The notes: generated by a model not told the origin, from the sequence alone. Shown: positions 16,170 to 24,730, counted from the first letter of the stretch. The stretch: 32,000 nt of DNA from an archaeon GW2011_AR10 (GCA_000830275.1 CP010424.1:630001-662000), one strand, 5' to 3'. Made by a program: numbers and translations.

Positions 16170-16328
16170 AAAATTTTCTCCGCCTGCTTTTCAACCCTGA
16201 AATTTTGAAAGCTCTCTTTCAAAAACAATCCTGTTTCCCTTGAATTCCAGTTCCATAAATTAATCTGCCAACAAACTTAATTTAACCATTCTCAAGCAAA
16301 AAAAGTATCCAAGTATTTGAAGTAGTAG

Positions 16329-16487
16329 TCAGTTTATGAGCGGCTGCCTTTTAACTATTTCCTGGCTCTTCTTGAACATTGGCTTAATCAAAGCAATCAG
16401 CAAAAGCGCTGCAATAATAAAAATAATGATTAGGTAAATTGAGCTCCATTCACCCTGCGCCCTTTCACCTAATTCAGGAAATCCCAT
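16329..16487 (-). CDS. Small (52 aa) pilin-like / Flp-like protein, not in the ORF track
   Basis: Manual translation: MGFPELGERA/QGEWSSIYLIIIFIIAALLLIALIKPMFKKSQEIVKRQPLIN*. It has the same [K/R]-[G/A]-Q plus hydrophobic-helix pattern as the neighbouring pilin-like genes. Confidence 0.5.
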   Translation of the reverse strand: MGFPELGERAQGEWSSIYLIIIFIIAALLLIALIKPMFKKSQEIVKRQPLIN

Positions 16488-16533
16488 ATAGAAAAAGAAT
16501 GGAAAAAGAAGTATTTAATGATTGGTGTTAGGT

Positions 16534-17082
16534 TTAACTTGCCGGAATAATGCTTACAAGGCAAATCCTTTCAGTGTTTGAGGGGTCAAATATTGCTGTT
16601 CCACCGCCACAAAAGCTGTTGTAGCCGGAAAACACTGTGTCAAGCCTTGCTTCTAGGACGGTTTCCTCAACCCTGTTCGCGTTATCGCAGAGCACGTATA
16701 GCTTCTGCTGCTGGTCAGAGTTGCCGTTGTAGCGAATCCAAGAGCCTTGAGCAACTTCCTCATAGTTAGGGTTGCTTCCTGAAACAGTGTCAGAAATTAA
16801 AACGCAAAGCTGGTGCTCTCCAAGCGAACCAGTTTTTTCTGCAATTGTCCTTGACCTCAGGCTTGTGCCGTTCTTGAATGTTACTAATCCTGTTCTTTCA
16901 GGCGTGCCCAAATTGTTGATGAGTGTCTTAATTTTTGAGGACGCTTCCTCTGTGGGGTCGCCTTGGCTTGGGGGCGCAATCTGCGTTAAAATCTGCAGCA
17001 GAATTGTGAGAATGAATACTGCAACAATTGCTGCAATCAACAGCTTGAAAACGCTGAAAGCCTGCCCTCTCTCATTCAACAT
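16534..17082 (-). CDS. Pilin-like protein with an archaeal class III signal peptide
   Basis: N-terminus MLNERG/QAFSVFKLLIAAIVAVFILTILLQIL. TATA-like TTTAAATA (complement of 17112-17119) is centred about 33 nt upstream of the ATG. It is a paralog of 17148..17612 (shared ..KGT..A.[KR]TG..Q.CV.I.. block). Confidence 0.8.
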   Translation of the reverse strand: MLNERGQAFSVFKLLIAAIVAVFILTILLQILTQIAPPSQGDPTEEASSKIKTLINNLGTPERTGLVTFKNGTSLRSRTIAEKTGSLGEHQLCVLISDTVSGSNPNYEEVAQGSWIRYNGNSDQQQKLYVLCDNANRVEETVLEARLDTVFSGYNSFCGGGTAIFDPSNTERICLVSIIPAS

Positions 17083-17147
17083 AGCAATCGTAAATAGAAA
17101 CTCTTAACCCATATTTAAAGGTTTTGCTTTAATTCGGCTATAAACAG

Positions 17148-17612
17148 CTAAGGCGTAATTGGTTTAGAGAAAGAGAACTTGCAGCAGATTTCGCAGGTTG
17201 AATCGCAAAAGGAGGCAGGGTCAAGGTTTGTTGTGCACTGCGCGTAAAAGTTTGTTTCAATGCGGTAATTTACCAGTATTCTTTGCGAGTCAACAGTGAA
17301 AGAGGAACTGCTTGGAGCAAGAATTTCAACGCATTGCCCCTCTAATCCTGTTCTTCTTGCAAGAAAATCTTTAGTATAAACTGTGCCTTTGTCGAAGAGG
17401 AGGTTTTCAACAACAAGAATGTCATTGTTTGGCTGCTGCACCGCGTTCTCTAATCCTTCAAGAAAACGCTCTTTGCTCACGTTTATTTTGAACTCCTCAA
17501 AGGAACGGATTGCACCGAGAATTATTAATAAAATCAGCAGCGCAACTATTGCGCCAATCATCATCTTGAACGGCTCAAACTGCCCTTTCTCCATACTAAA
17601 AACATCTCCCAA
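17148..17612 (-). CDS. Pilin-like protein with an archaeal class III signal peptide
   Basis: N-terminus ..MEKG/QFEPFKMMIGAIVALLILLIILGAI. The start is either TTG 17612 or ATG 17594. The C-terminus is Cys-rich. Confidence 0.8.
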   Translation of the reverse strand: MGDVFSMEKGQFEPFKMMIGAIVALLILLIILGAIRSFEEFKINVSKERFLEGLENAVQQPNNDILVVENLLFDKGTVYTKDFLARRTGLEGQCVEILAPSSSSFTVDSQRILVNYRIETNFYAQCTTNLDPASFCDSTCEICCKFSFSKPITP

Positions 17613-17633
17613 TTTTTTTTAGTGTAAAAAACA

Positions 17634-19991
17634 TTAAGCCAAAAATCCGCCGACGAGAATGTTGGAAATAATTATGCTTAAAACGAAAATTATAACTGAA
17701 ATTGGGAAAAAGCGCGCAATGTTTATTCTCACCAGCAAATCGTTGTCCTCCTCTATTTTGGTGGTGAAGTAAGTCATTATGAGGAGAAGCTCCACAACGT
17801 AGATTGCAACGATGATTACGAACTGCGTTGGAGTAGCCATTCCAGCAACTGCTGCCGGGTCAATGAAGCTTCCAACGTTTATGCCAGAAAACGTGTTTGG
17901 AATGCCTGCTCCTCCTGGAACATCAAGGTTGCTCAGATCAAGTTCCGTTGCAATATTGGAAGAAGCGATGGAGGAAAGGGTTATTATTACGATTTTCTGC
18001 AGGCTTGTTGTAATGCCCAAAACCATCGGCGCAATGAATAGGCTCATTGTCTTCATCATTCCTGTTACATCAGAAACCAAAATCTTCAAATTGTTTGCAA
18101 CCTTTTCCGCGTTGTCGAGCTGGATGCTTAACGCAATCATTGTCCTGGCAGCAACGTTCACCCCCAATTGCACTGAATCAACAAGCAGCCTCACTGAACC
18201 GCTAATCAACGAGCTTGGAATGTTTTTCAATGAACCATAGTTTGGGTCAAAGAATGCCTGCTCTAATGGCATTGCAAGCAAGGCAATGTTGTCAAGCGTT
18301 TTCGAGAAAATCCTTTTCGATATTTTGAACTGTGGCAAAAAATCCATTGTGTGCTTTAATGCTTCCTCCACCGGCTTGTTTTCACCCATGCGGGAAGCAA
18401 GAATGTAGATTGAGTCCTTGAACTCTGACTCCATTTCAACAATTTCAAGCTGGGCTTTCCGCTTGTAAATGTTGTTGTAGTAGAGGTAAACAAACACTGA
18501 AAGTGAAACGGTTATGAGCAGGCCGAAAATGAAATTGTAGGGAGTAATATCGTTGGCCGGCTTCGTGAAAAATGCCTGTTCCTCGCTTTTCACGCGTTTC
18601 TCTGCTTCCTCAACAGGAAAACCCTGCGCAATCAGCTCATTGTAAAGCACTCCTGTGGGAATGTCAAAGTATTTCAATTGGTAGCCTGCTTTTGAAAGAA
18701 CTTCAGTCCTTTGCTTGTCTAATGCAAGCAGCTGCGGCGTGCCTTCCTCAAGGCCCAAAGCATCGTAAAGAATTTTTGGCGGAACTCCTTGCTGTGAAAC
18801 AAAAAAGGAAATTGAGCTTCCTGCAATCAACACAACAACAACCACGAAGAAAATGCTCACAAAGCCGTTGCCTAACCTCATTGTGCCCTTCGGCGGCAAA
18901 CCCGGAAAGTTGTCCTTTATTTCAGGCGCAACATACGTTGGTGGGCGCTTGCTTATAACGGAGAAAGCAAACCAAAGCGTAACCAAAGGAATTATTATGT
19001 TGTAAATGGCAAACAAAACAATTGGGTTTGCAAGCGGTGCGCCGCTGAAAGAGCTCCCTACAGGAAGAATGATTATCAGAATCAATGGAAGCAGCACCCC
19101 AACATAGAAGAGAATCATTGTTGGCTGGTTGAGGTCGCGAGCATACTGCTCCATTTTGTTTTTTATTGACTCAAGTATTTCATCCATTGTTTGGTCAAGC
19201 AAAGCAAAACGCTTTGCTTCAGTTGTTTCAATCACTGAAGCGCGGATTCGCATCAACGCTTTCTTGAATTCATCGCTGAATGCACCCCAGCGGTAAGCCA
19301 GTGCATCGCTTGCTTCTGCAACAGACGAGTAAACTCCCAACTGGACATCCCACAAAAGTTTTTTGAAGTCTTCAGCAATTTTGCCCCTGCCGTGCTCTGC
19401 TGCAAACTCAATGCTTTTCTCCAGGTTCGGGCTTAACTTCATTGACATAACCATGTAGCCGAGGATTTCAGGAACATAAGTCAAAGCACGCACCTGCTCT
19501 GCTCTTGCCTCCTCCAAGGGATAGTTTTGAACATAATATGTTGCAAAAACCACCATGCCAAGCAATGGGAGGAGAATGTAGATTGGCGTAAGAAAGGTTG
19601 CCCCGCCAACGAATAGGTTTACAACCACTATTGCAGGGGACAGGAAAATAATTCCTGCAATTACTATTGCAGCAAGAAAGCTCACAATCAGCACGAACTT
19701 GTACGCTGCACCAAGCTCTTCCCCATTTAGCTCCCAACCCAGAAACTCCACTGCCTTCTTGTTCTGCTCTGAAAGCGCTTCACCTTTTCCTAGTGAAGGA
19801 GCCATTGCGTGAATGCGCTTGCAGAACCTAACAAAAGGGTGCTGTTTTCTCCTTACAAGCGTTCTTTCCTCATTCTTGAACTCGTCCTTGACCACGGCTA
19901 TTTCCCTGTAAAGCTCTCCAATAGAGCTTGGCCCATCAAACAGCTTCTCTTCTTCTTCCTGCTCTCTTTCTTCCCTGTCTTTTCTCGCCAT
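17634..19991 (-). CDS. FlaJ/TadC/PilC-like polytopic platform protein (785 aa, two T2SSF-like domains)
   Basis: Many TM helices. Two soluble T2SSF-like segments are present: ..LTYVPEILGYMVMSMKLSPNLEKSIEFAAEHGRGKIAEDFKKLLWDV.. and ..FKDSIYILASRMGENKPVEEALKHTMDFLP... It sits directly downstream of the ATPase. Confidence 0.85.
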   Translation of the reverse strand: MARKDREEREQEEEEKLFDGPSSIGELYREIAVVKDEFKNEERTLVRRKQHPFVRFCKRIHAMAPSLGKGEALSEQNKKAVEFLGWELNGEELGAAYKFVLIVSFLAAIVIAGIIFLSPAIVVVNLFVGGATFLTPIYILLPLLGMVVFATYYVQNYPLEEARAEQVRALTYVPEILGYMVMSMKLSPNLEKSIEFAAEHGRGKIAEDFKKLLWDVQLGVYSSVAEASDALAYRWGAFSDEFKKALMRIRASVIETTEAKRFALLDQTMDEILESIKNKMEQYARDLNQPTMILFYVGVLLPLILIIILPVGSSFSGAPLANPIVLFAIYNIIIPLVTLWFAFSVISKRPPTYVAPEIKDNFPGLPPKGTMRLGNGFVSIFFVVVVVLIAGSSISFFVSQQGVPPKILYDALGLEEGTPQLLALDKQRTEVLSKAGYQLKYFDIPTGVLYNELIAQGFPVEEAEKRVKSEEQAFFTKPANDITPYNFIFGLLITVSLSVFVYLYYNNIYKRKAQLEIVEMESEFKDSIYILASRMGENKPVEEALKHTMDFLPQFKISKRIFSKTLDNIALLAMPLEQAFFDPNYGSLKNIPSSLISGSVRLLVDSVQLGVNVAARTMIALSIQLDNAEKVANNLKILVSDVTGMMKTMSLFIAPMVLGITTSLQKIVIITLSSIASSNIATELDLSNLDVPGGAGIPNTFSGINVGSFIDPAAVAGMATPTQFVIIVAIYVVELLLIMTYFTTKIEEDNDLLVRINIARFFPISVIIFVLSIIISNILVGGFLA

Positions 19992-20005
19992 AAAATGGTT
20001 TCACT

Positions 20006-22285
20006 TCAAGACTTTGTTTTGGCAATTATTCCCTTAATTAAGTGGTTTTTTACCCAGTTCTTCCACTCGCCCAGAACCTCTTCGTAGTCAACGGAACCGT
20101 GTTCTTCAAGCTGGTCCTCCTTCAATAGCATGAGCTTGTTGTTTGCAAGAACCGCGTTTTCTGCTTCAAGCAGAGAAGGAATTGAATTCTTGTTCTTCAT
20201 TTCCACCAAAAACTCTTTTGCCGAGCCATTCATTCTTATGCTCCTCCAGATTTCTTCAAGGTTGAGGCCGCTCATCTTGCTTATCTTTGAGAACATCTCG
20301 CTTTCCTTAAGGTTGTCTTCAAGCAGTTCAAGCTCGTCTTTTTTTGCGTCATAACTCATTAGGTCCAGCAAACCGCCCTCTCTTTCAGGATCCTCAATCC
20401 AGTGCTTTTTCACCTCTGTTATCTGGACAATTCTCCTGTTCCTCTGCAGTGACCCGGAAAACCTTATCGGCCTTGCAACCACGACAACATCAGTTGCCTT
20501 AAACGAAGTGTTTGGAACATCCAAGTCATTCACTACCCTATCCCACACAGAGTAAGCGCTTTCACCGTGGATTGTTCCCATCACAATGTTTCCCGCAGCA
20601 CCAATTCTCATTGCCTCGTACAGAACCCTTGCTTCCTTGCTCCTCACTTCACCTATGATTAGGGCAGAATCTCCCAAACGAAGCGCTGTCCTCAAAGCTT
20701 CCTCTGGCGCAACCTCAGAGGAAGTGCCGCCAGCAGCAATAGGTGAACGCGTTTTAAGCCTCTGGATGTTGAAGCCTATGTTCTTCATGTAAGGAACTGG
20801 AAGTTCCAAGGTGTCTTCCTGCACAATTATTCTCGTGCTCTGGATAATTTCAAGGATTAGTGCCTGCATCAAAGAAGTTTTTCCGCTGCCCCTTGAACCA
20901 GTAACCAGCATTGTTGCCTGTGCGTCAACGAAAAAAGAAAGCAGGCCTGCTGAAAGAGGAGTTAAAAATTTCACGTCAACAAACTGGGGCAGCGTCCAAG
21001 GAGTAACCTTATGCAGCCTGAAAGCAAACGCGATTCCGCTCGGCGCAAGCGGCGGGCCAATGACTGCAACCCTTGTCTCCATGTCAGGCAAATCAAAGTC
21101 CAGGACTGGATGAGCTTCATCAAATGGCCTGCCTGACATTGCACGCATTTTTGATACAAGCGAACTTGCCTCTCCTTCAGTGTAAAGAATGTTGGTTTCG
21201 CACTGGCCAAAGTCAGAGTGAATAACGTAAAGCGGCTTCTGCCCGATGGGAGAATCAATGAAAATGTCTGTGAGGTTCCTGTCAGAGAGCAGCAGTTCAA
21301 GGATTCCGTAGCCGACAGTGTACCTTGCAACAATCTGGCTTAACTCAATTATTTCATCGTTGCCAAGAGAAATATTGTTCTCTTTCGCGATGTCCTTGAT
21401 TGTTGACTGGTAAACGCGCTCAAAGTACTTCCTGCTTTTCGCAAGCTCGCTTAAAGAGGTTTTTCCAGGCCTGTACGATGCAACGATTTCCCTTGTCTTG
21501 CTCAAAATGAAGTACTTGTCCGGGGGCAGGGAATACTCTGGGGGATTGACAATGTAAAGCTTCTGCGGCTTGTTCGGGTGCTTGAATATCTGCACTGTTG
21601 TATCCTTCACTTGGTATTCGTCCAGAAGCTCCAGCTTTTCCTCTTCTTCAAACAGCAGCCTTGAACCGATAAAGGAGGGTTTTACCTGCGCTTCAAAGAA
21701 CGGCTTGTACATTTCTTTTGTGTCAGGAACTGTTTTCAGCTTCAAAAGAATCTGTTTGGCTTTCTGGACAAGCATTGTGCTGTCAAGGTTCTTCTTTATG
21801 TAAAGCAGGGTGCGAAGGTAAACATCAGAGTAATGCTCTTTGTCCTCAGAGCTAAAGCGCTCCCTTTCCTTGCTGATGGCGCGGAGCAGTTCAAGGTAAG
21901 AATAAATCGGGTCAAACAACAGGGTATCGTGAGTGATTTTAACAATAGTGTTGTGCCTTTCACCGAAGTCTTTTTCGCCCTCAATTTTTGCATCCCCTAA
22001 AAACTTGTAGCTCCACACGCTTTCAATCTCTAATTTTTGCGCAACCCTCGAAATTTCCTCCAGAAGCTTTTTCTGCTCCTCGCTGTAAACCCTTTCGTAC
22101 ACTTCAGCCAAAACAATGTCGTCAACTTCCACTTCTTGAAGCAGGCTGAAGACATGGTACCTGCATGCAGGGTCATCAGCGATTGAGGAACTATAAACGC
22201 AGTCGCGACAGTCAAAAATCAGGTGCCTCTTGTTGCCTTCCTCTTTAACCGCCCAAGGGCCTACTTCAAAACCGCCGATTTTCAA
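20006..22285 (-). CDS. Type IV pilus/archaellum-family assembly ATPase (FlaI/PilB-like, 759 aa) with a long N-terminal extension
   Basis: Walker A GSRGSGKTS, Asp box RIIVQEDTLE, Walker B ALIIGEVRSKE, His box GTIHGES. TTG start preceded by AGGTGA with a 6-nt spacer. N-terminal Cys cluster FDCRDCVYSSSIADDPACRYH. Confidence 0.9.
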   Translation of the reverse strand: MKIGGFEVGPWAVKEEGNKRHLIFDCRDCVYSSSIADDPACRYHVFSLLQEVEVDDIVLAEVYERVYSEEQKKLLEEISRVAQKLEIESVWSYKFLGDAKIEGEKDFGERHNTIVKITHDTLLFDPIYSYLELLRAISKERERFSSEDKEHYSDVYLRTLLYIKKNLDSTMLVQKAKQILLKLKTVPDTKEMYKPFFEAQVKPSFIGSRLLFEEEEKLELLDEYQVKDTTVQIFKHPNKPQKLYIVNPPEYSLPPDKYFILSKTREIVASYRPGKTSLSELAKSRKYFERVYQSTIKDIAKENNISLGNDEIIELSQIVARYTVGYGILELLLSDRNLTDIFIDSPIGQKPLYVIHSDFGQCETNILYTEGEASSLVSKMRAMSGRPFDEAHPVLDFDLPDMETRVAVIGPPLAPSGIAFAFRLHKVTPWTLPQFVDVKFLTPLSAGLLSFFVDAQATMLVTGSRGSGKTSLMQALILEIIQSTRIIVQEDTLELPVPYMKNIGFNIQRLKTRSPIAAGGTSSEVAPEEALRTALRLGDSALIIGEVRSKEARVLYEAMRIGAAGNIVMGTIHGESAYSVWDRVVNDLDVPNTSFKATDVVVVARPIRFSGSLQRNRRIVQITEVKKHWIEDPEREGGLLDLMSYDAKKDELELLEDNLKESEMFSKISKMSGLNLEEIWRSIRMNGSAKEFLVEMKNKNSIPSLLEAENAVLANNKLMLLKEDQLEEHGSVDYEEVLGEWKNWVKNHLIKGIIAKTKS

Positions 22286-22325
22286 CGCAATTCACCTTTA
22301 AAATTGCGAATTCCCTTTATTAATA

Positions 22326-22393
22326 GGTGGTTCAGTGGAATTCGCGTAACTCAAAAACCACCCATAATCCACCGACTTAGGCCGGTGGTTTTT
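22326..22393 (+). other. Two hairpins followed by T5 in the divergent intergenic region (candidate small RNA or terminator-like element)
   Basis: GGTGGTT(22326-22332)/AACCACC(22356-22362), then CCACCG(22369-22374)/CGGTGG(22383-22388), followed by TTTTT(22389-22393). Sequence observation only. Confidence 0.25.
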
Positions 22394-22540
22394 GAAAGCT
22401 GCAGCGAATAAAAAAGGCCTAATCTTATTATTATACTTTATCTTCAATGAAAGAAACTAATAATAATAACAAAATACATTGTTTTTCTGCGGAAAGTGAA
22501 GCACTAAGAGCATGGCTGACTTGAAGCAAAAGGTGAACTG

Positions 22541-23776
22541 ATGCGGTTCGGCGAAGTGTTAAAGAATTCATTCACCCTGTGGCTGAAGGACAAAAAGAGC
22601 CTTATATATGTTCTTGCATTAATTGGATTGTTTGCGGTTCTCGCAGCTGGATTGATTGCTTTTCTTGCAATTGGTTCTTTGACTAACTCGATTAGATTTA
22701 TTGAAGGTTCGGACTTAACCCAAGTGGCCCTTTCAGATGACGGAAACATCATCTTCCTGGCAATTGCGGCAATTGTTTTGCTCTGCGCTTTTATAGTGTT
22801 TTTTGTAGGCACATTCTATGTGTCAGCCTTGCTGGAGGTTCGAGCGCTGCAGCTGCTGGGCTTTAACACCGCGCGGTTCGGGCTAATTAAATTCGTCAAG
22901 CTTGTTCTATTCCAGATTTGGGTTTCAATCATGGCCTACACTTCATGGTACAACAAGGTGTTCTTCTACTATCTAATCGGGCTGATTCTCTTCTGGGTTA
23001 CATCAATCGGCGTGTTTTTGCTGATTGAGCGCATCGGAAACATTTTGCTTTTATTGGCAACACTGCTTTCAGCTGTCTACCTTTTACCTGTTATATACAA
23101 CACAATTAGGCTGAGCATTGCTTCCGCCATTTATCTCCATGAGGACTTTGGGATTATGAAGGCAGGAAGGGCCGCATGGGAGCTAGCGCACAAGAAAGTG
23201 CTTGGAATATTCATTGCATTCCTGCTGGTGCAGATTGCAATTCAAATATTACTAATCATACCTTGGTTTGTCTTAATTATTGCGGCAAACGTTGCCCTGC
23301 TTTTGACAGGCATAGAACTCTTAGCAATTGCAATTGCTTTCACAGGAATGGCCTTGATAATTATTTTTGCTATTGTTGTTTCATCTTTTGCAGTGCCAAG
23401 CATTTACTCGGAAGTGAAAAACAGCCCGAGCGAGCAGCCACCTGCCCCAAGTGGTTTGCCGAAAAATACAACTGCCCTTACAACAATGCAAACCAATGAG
23501 CCGATTGAAAGAATGCGCGCATCAATCCAAAGGCAGGAGCCAGTTTACTCTCAGCCACAAAGGCAACAGAGCTATGCAAGGCGCAGCCCTGCAGCTGCTG
23601 GGCTTTCAGCGGTTGAAAAAGCGCATGTGAACAAGCTTGCTGCAGTGCTGAAAGACGTTTCCCACCGCTACAAGGAATCGGAAATAAGGCAAGTAATAAA
23701 GGAAAAGAATTACTCTGACAGAATAGCGGATGAAACAATCAAGCTGCTCCAGAAAGACCTTAAAAACAGCAAATGA
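22541..23776 (+). CDS. Hypothetical polytopic membrane protein with a Q/P-rich cytoplasmic tail
   Basis: 411-aa ORF with about 7-8 hydrophobic helices and a hydrophilic C-terminal ~110 aa. No motif recognised with confidence. Confidence 0.7.
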   Translation: MRFGEVLKNSFTLWLKDKKSLIYVLALIGLFAVLAAGLIAFLAIGSLTNSIRFIEGSDLTQVALSDDGNIIFLAIAAIVLLCAFIVFFVGTFYVSALLEVRALQLLGFNTARFGLIKFVKLVLFQIWVSIMAYTSWYNKVFFYYLIGLILFWVTSIGVFLLIERIGNILLLLATLLSAVYLLPVIYNTIRLSIASAIYLHEDFGIMKAGRAAWELAHKKVLGIFIAFLLVQIAIQILLIIPWFVLIIAANVALLLTGIELLAIAIAFTGMALIIIFAIVVSSFAVPSIYSEVKNSPSEQPPAPSGLPKNTTALTTMQTNEPIERMRASIQRQEPVYSQPQRQQSYARRSPAAAGLSAVEKAHVNKLAAVLKDVSHRYKESEIRQVIKEKNYSDRIADETIKLLQKDLKNSK

Positions 23777-23809
23777 TTTAAAAACAAGGGAACTGCATGA
23801 TTTTAGTTA

Positions 23810-24367
23810 ATGCACAAAAAATTTGAATTTCTGAGTAAAACTTTTTCAGAGAAAGAAATACTTAAAGCAGGAAAGTTTCTTTTGGGCTTAGCTGCATACT
23901 TCATTGCGCTGAGCTTTCTTGTTTCACTGGTGCCGCTGGAATTGGTTGAATTCTTTTTTGCATCAGTTTCACTTTTCTTTCTTGGGTTTTTTGGCTTTTC
24001 GGGAGAACTGGTTTTCACGGAACCAGTTATCATGCAATTGCAGGGCTTGGAGCAAGGAATTGCAATAACCTATCTTTGCACTGGCCTGCTGGAACTGGTG
24101 CTGCTTGTTTCAGCTGTTGCCTCCTCGTTCGGCATTGAATGGAAAAAAAGAATTATTGGAGTTATTGCTGGCGCAATTGCATTGGTTGCGTTCAACGTTT
24201 TCAGGATAGTTTCAAGCATTCTGATTATTCTTTGGTTTGGTTTGGAGGCAGGTGGCTTTTCGCATGACCTGTTGTTCAGGGTTTTTTTGTTTGCAACCGT
24301 TGCCGGCTACTATTTTGTGTGGTTTAACTGGGCCACAAGACTAAAAAAACTGAATTCCACCTTATAG
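23810..24367 (+). CDS. Minimal exosortase/archaeosortase-family protein (185 aa)
   Basis: A multi-TM protein carrying the family's three signature positions in the expected order and spacing: Cys90 in ITYLCTGLLEL (C-[ST]-G), Arg132 in AFNVFRIV (N-x-x-R), and His152 in GGFSHDLLF. Confidence 0.75.
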   Translation: MHKKFEFLSKTFSEKEILKAGKFLLGLAAYFIALSFLVSLVPLELVEFFFASVSLFFLGFFGFSGELVFTEPVIMQLQGLEQGIAITYLCTGLLELVLLVSAVASSFGIEWKKRIIGVIAGAIALVAFNVFRIVSSILIILWFGLEAGGFSHDLLFRVFLFATVAGYYFVWFNWATRLKKLNSTL

Positions 24368-24730
24368 CATTATAGTGTTTTCTCCTTCAAAGTGTTTGTC
24401 CCCAGTAACAATCGGCAGATTGTACTGCTTTGCTGTTGCAAGAATGATTGCATCAATTAAACCAAAATCCTTGAAGTTTTTTCTTTTTTCTATTTTTAAT
24501 ATACCTGATGTTTCCAATTGTTCTTGGTTGACTTCGATAATTGTAGACAGGTTTTTAACAATGTGAAAAATTTTTTGCCGGTTAAGTTTGCTTTTTTCAA
24601 CCCACTCGCTCAGCTCTGCAATAGAAATAGCACTTGTGAAACACTGGTTATTAGCAATAACTTCTTTTACTTTTAGGCCCCTGCTAGTACCATTAAATAA
24701 TTCAATCCAAGCATATGTATCCAAAAGCAC
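24362..24730 (-). CDS. vapC: PIN-domain toxin (VapC-like)
   Basis: GTG start abutting the antitoxin stop. N-terminal LLDTYAWIE (first acidic residue). ..GLIDAIILATAKQYNLPIVTGDKHF.. is typical of a PIN C-terminus. Confidence 0.8.
   Translation of the reverse strand: MLLDTYAWIELFNGTSRGLKVKEVIANNQCFTSAISIAELSEWVEKSKLNRQKIFHIVKNLSTIIEVNQEQLETSGILKIEKRKNFKDFGLIDAIILATAKQYNLPIVTGDKHFEGENTIML

Noticed and set aside
16191-16193. Genome-wide UGA recoding (alternative genetic code)
   Set aside because: TGA terminates several well-supported genes exactly where the next gene starts or overlaps (for example 798-800, 1588-1590, 15347-15349 and 25714-25716). Long ORFs tile the window under the standard code.
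15605-16200. + strand ORFs 15605..16012 (135 aa) and 15997..16200 (67 aa)
   Set aside because: Their composition is implausible (Cys/Phe/Ser-rich). They overlap the pilin-like gene 15347..15892 and the better minus-strand small ORF 16002..16169, which keeps the operon orientation.
22326-22393. Possible tRNA in the divergent intergenic region
   Set aside because: It has no T-loop (GTTCRANNC) or D-loop consensus, no 7-bp acceptor closing the element, and no cloverleaf. It is kept only as a low-confidence hairpin element.
22504-22812. Minus-strand 102-aa ORF overlapping the start of 22541..23776
   Set aside because: It is antisense to a 411-aa membrane-protein ORF, with no independent support.
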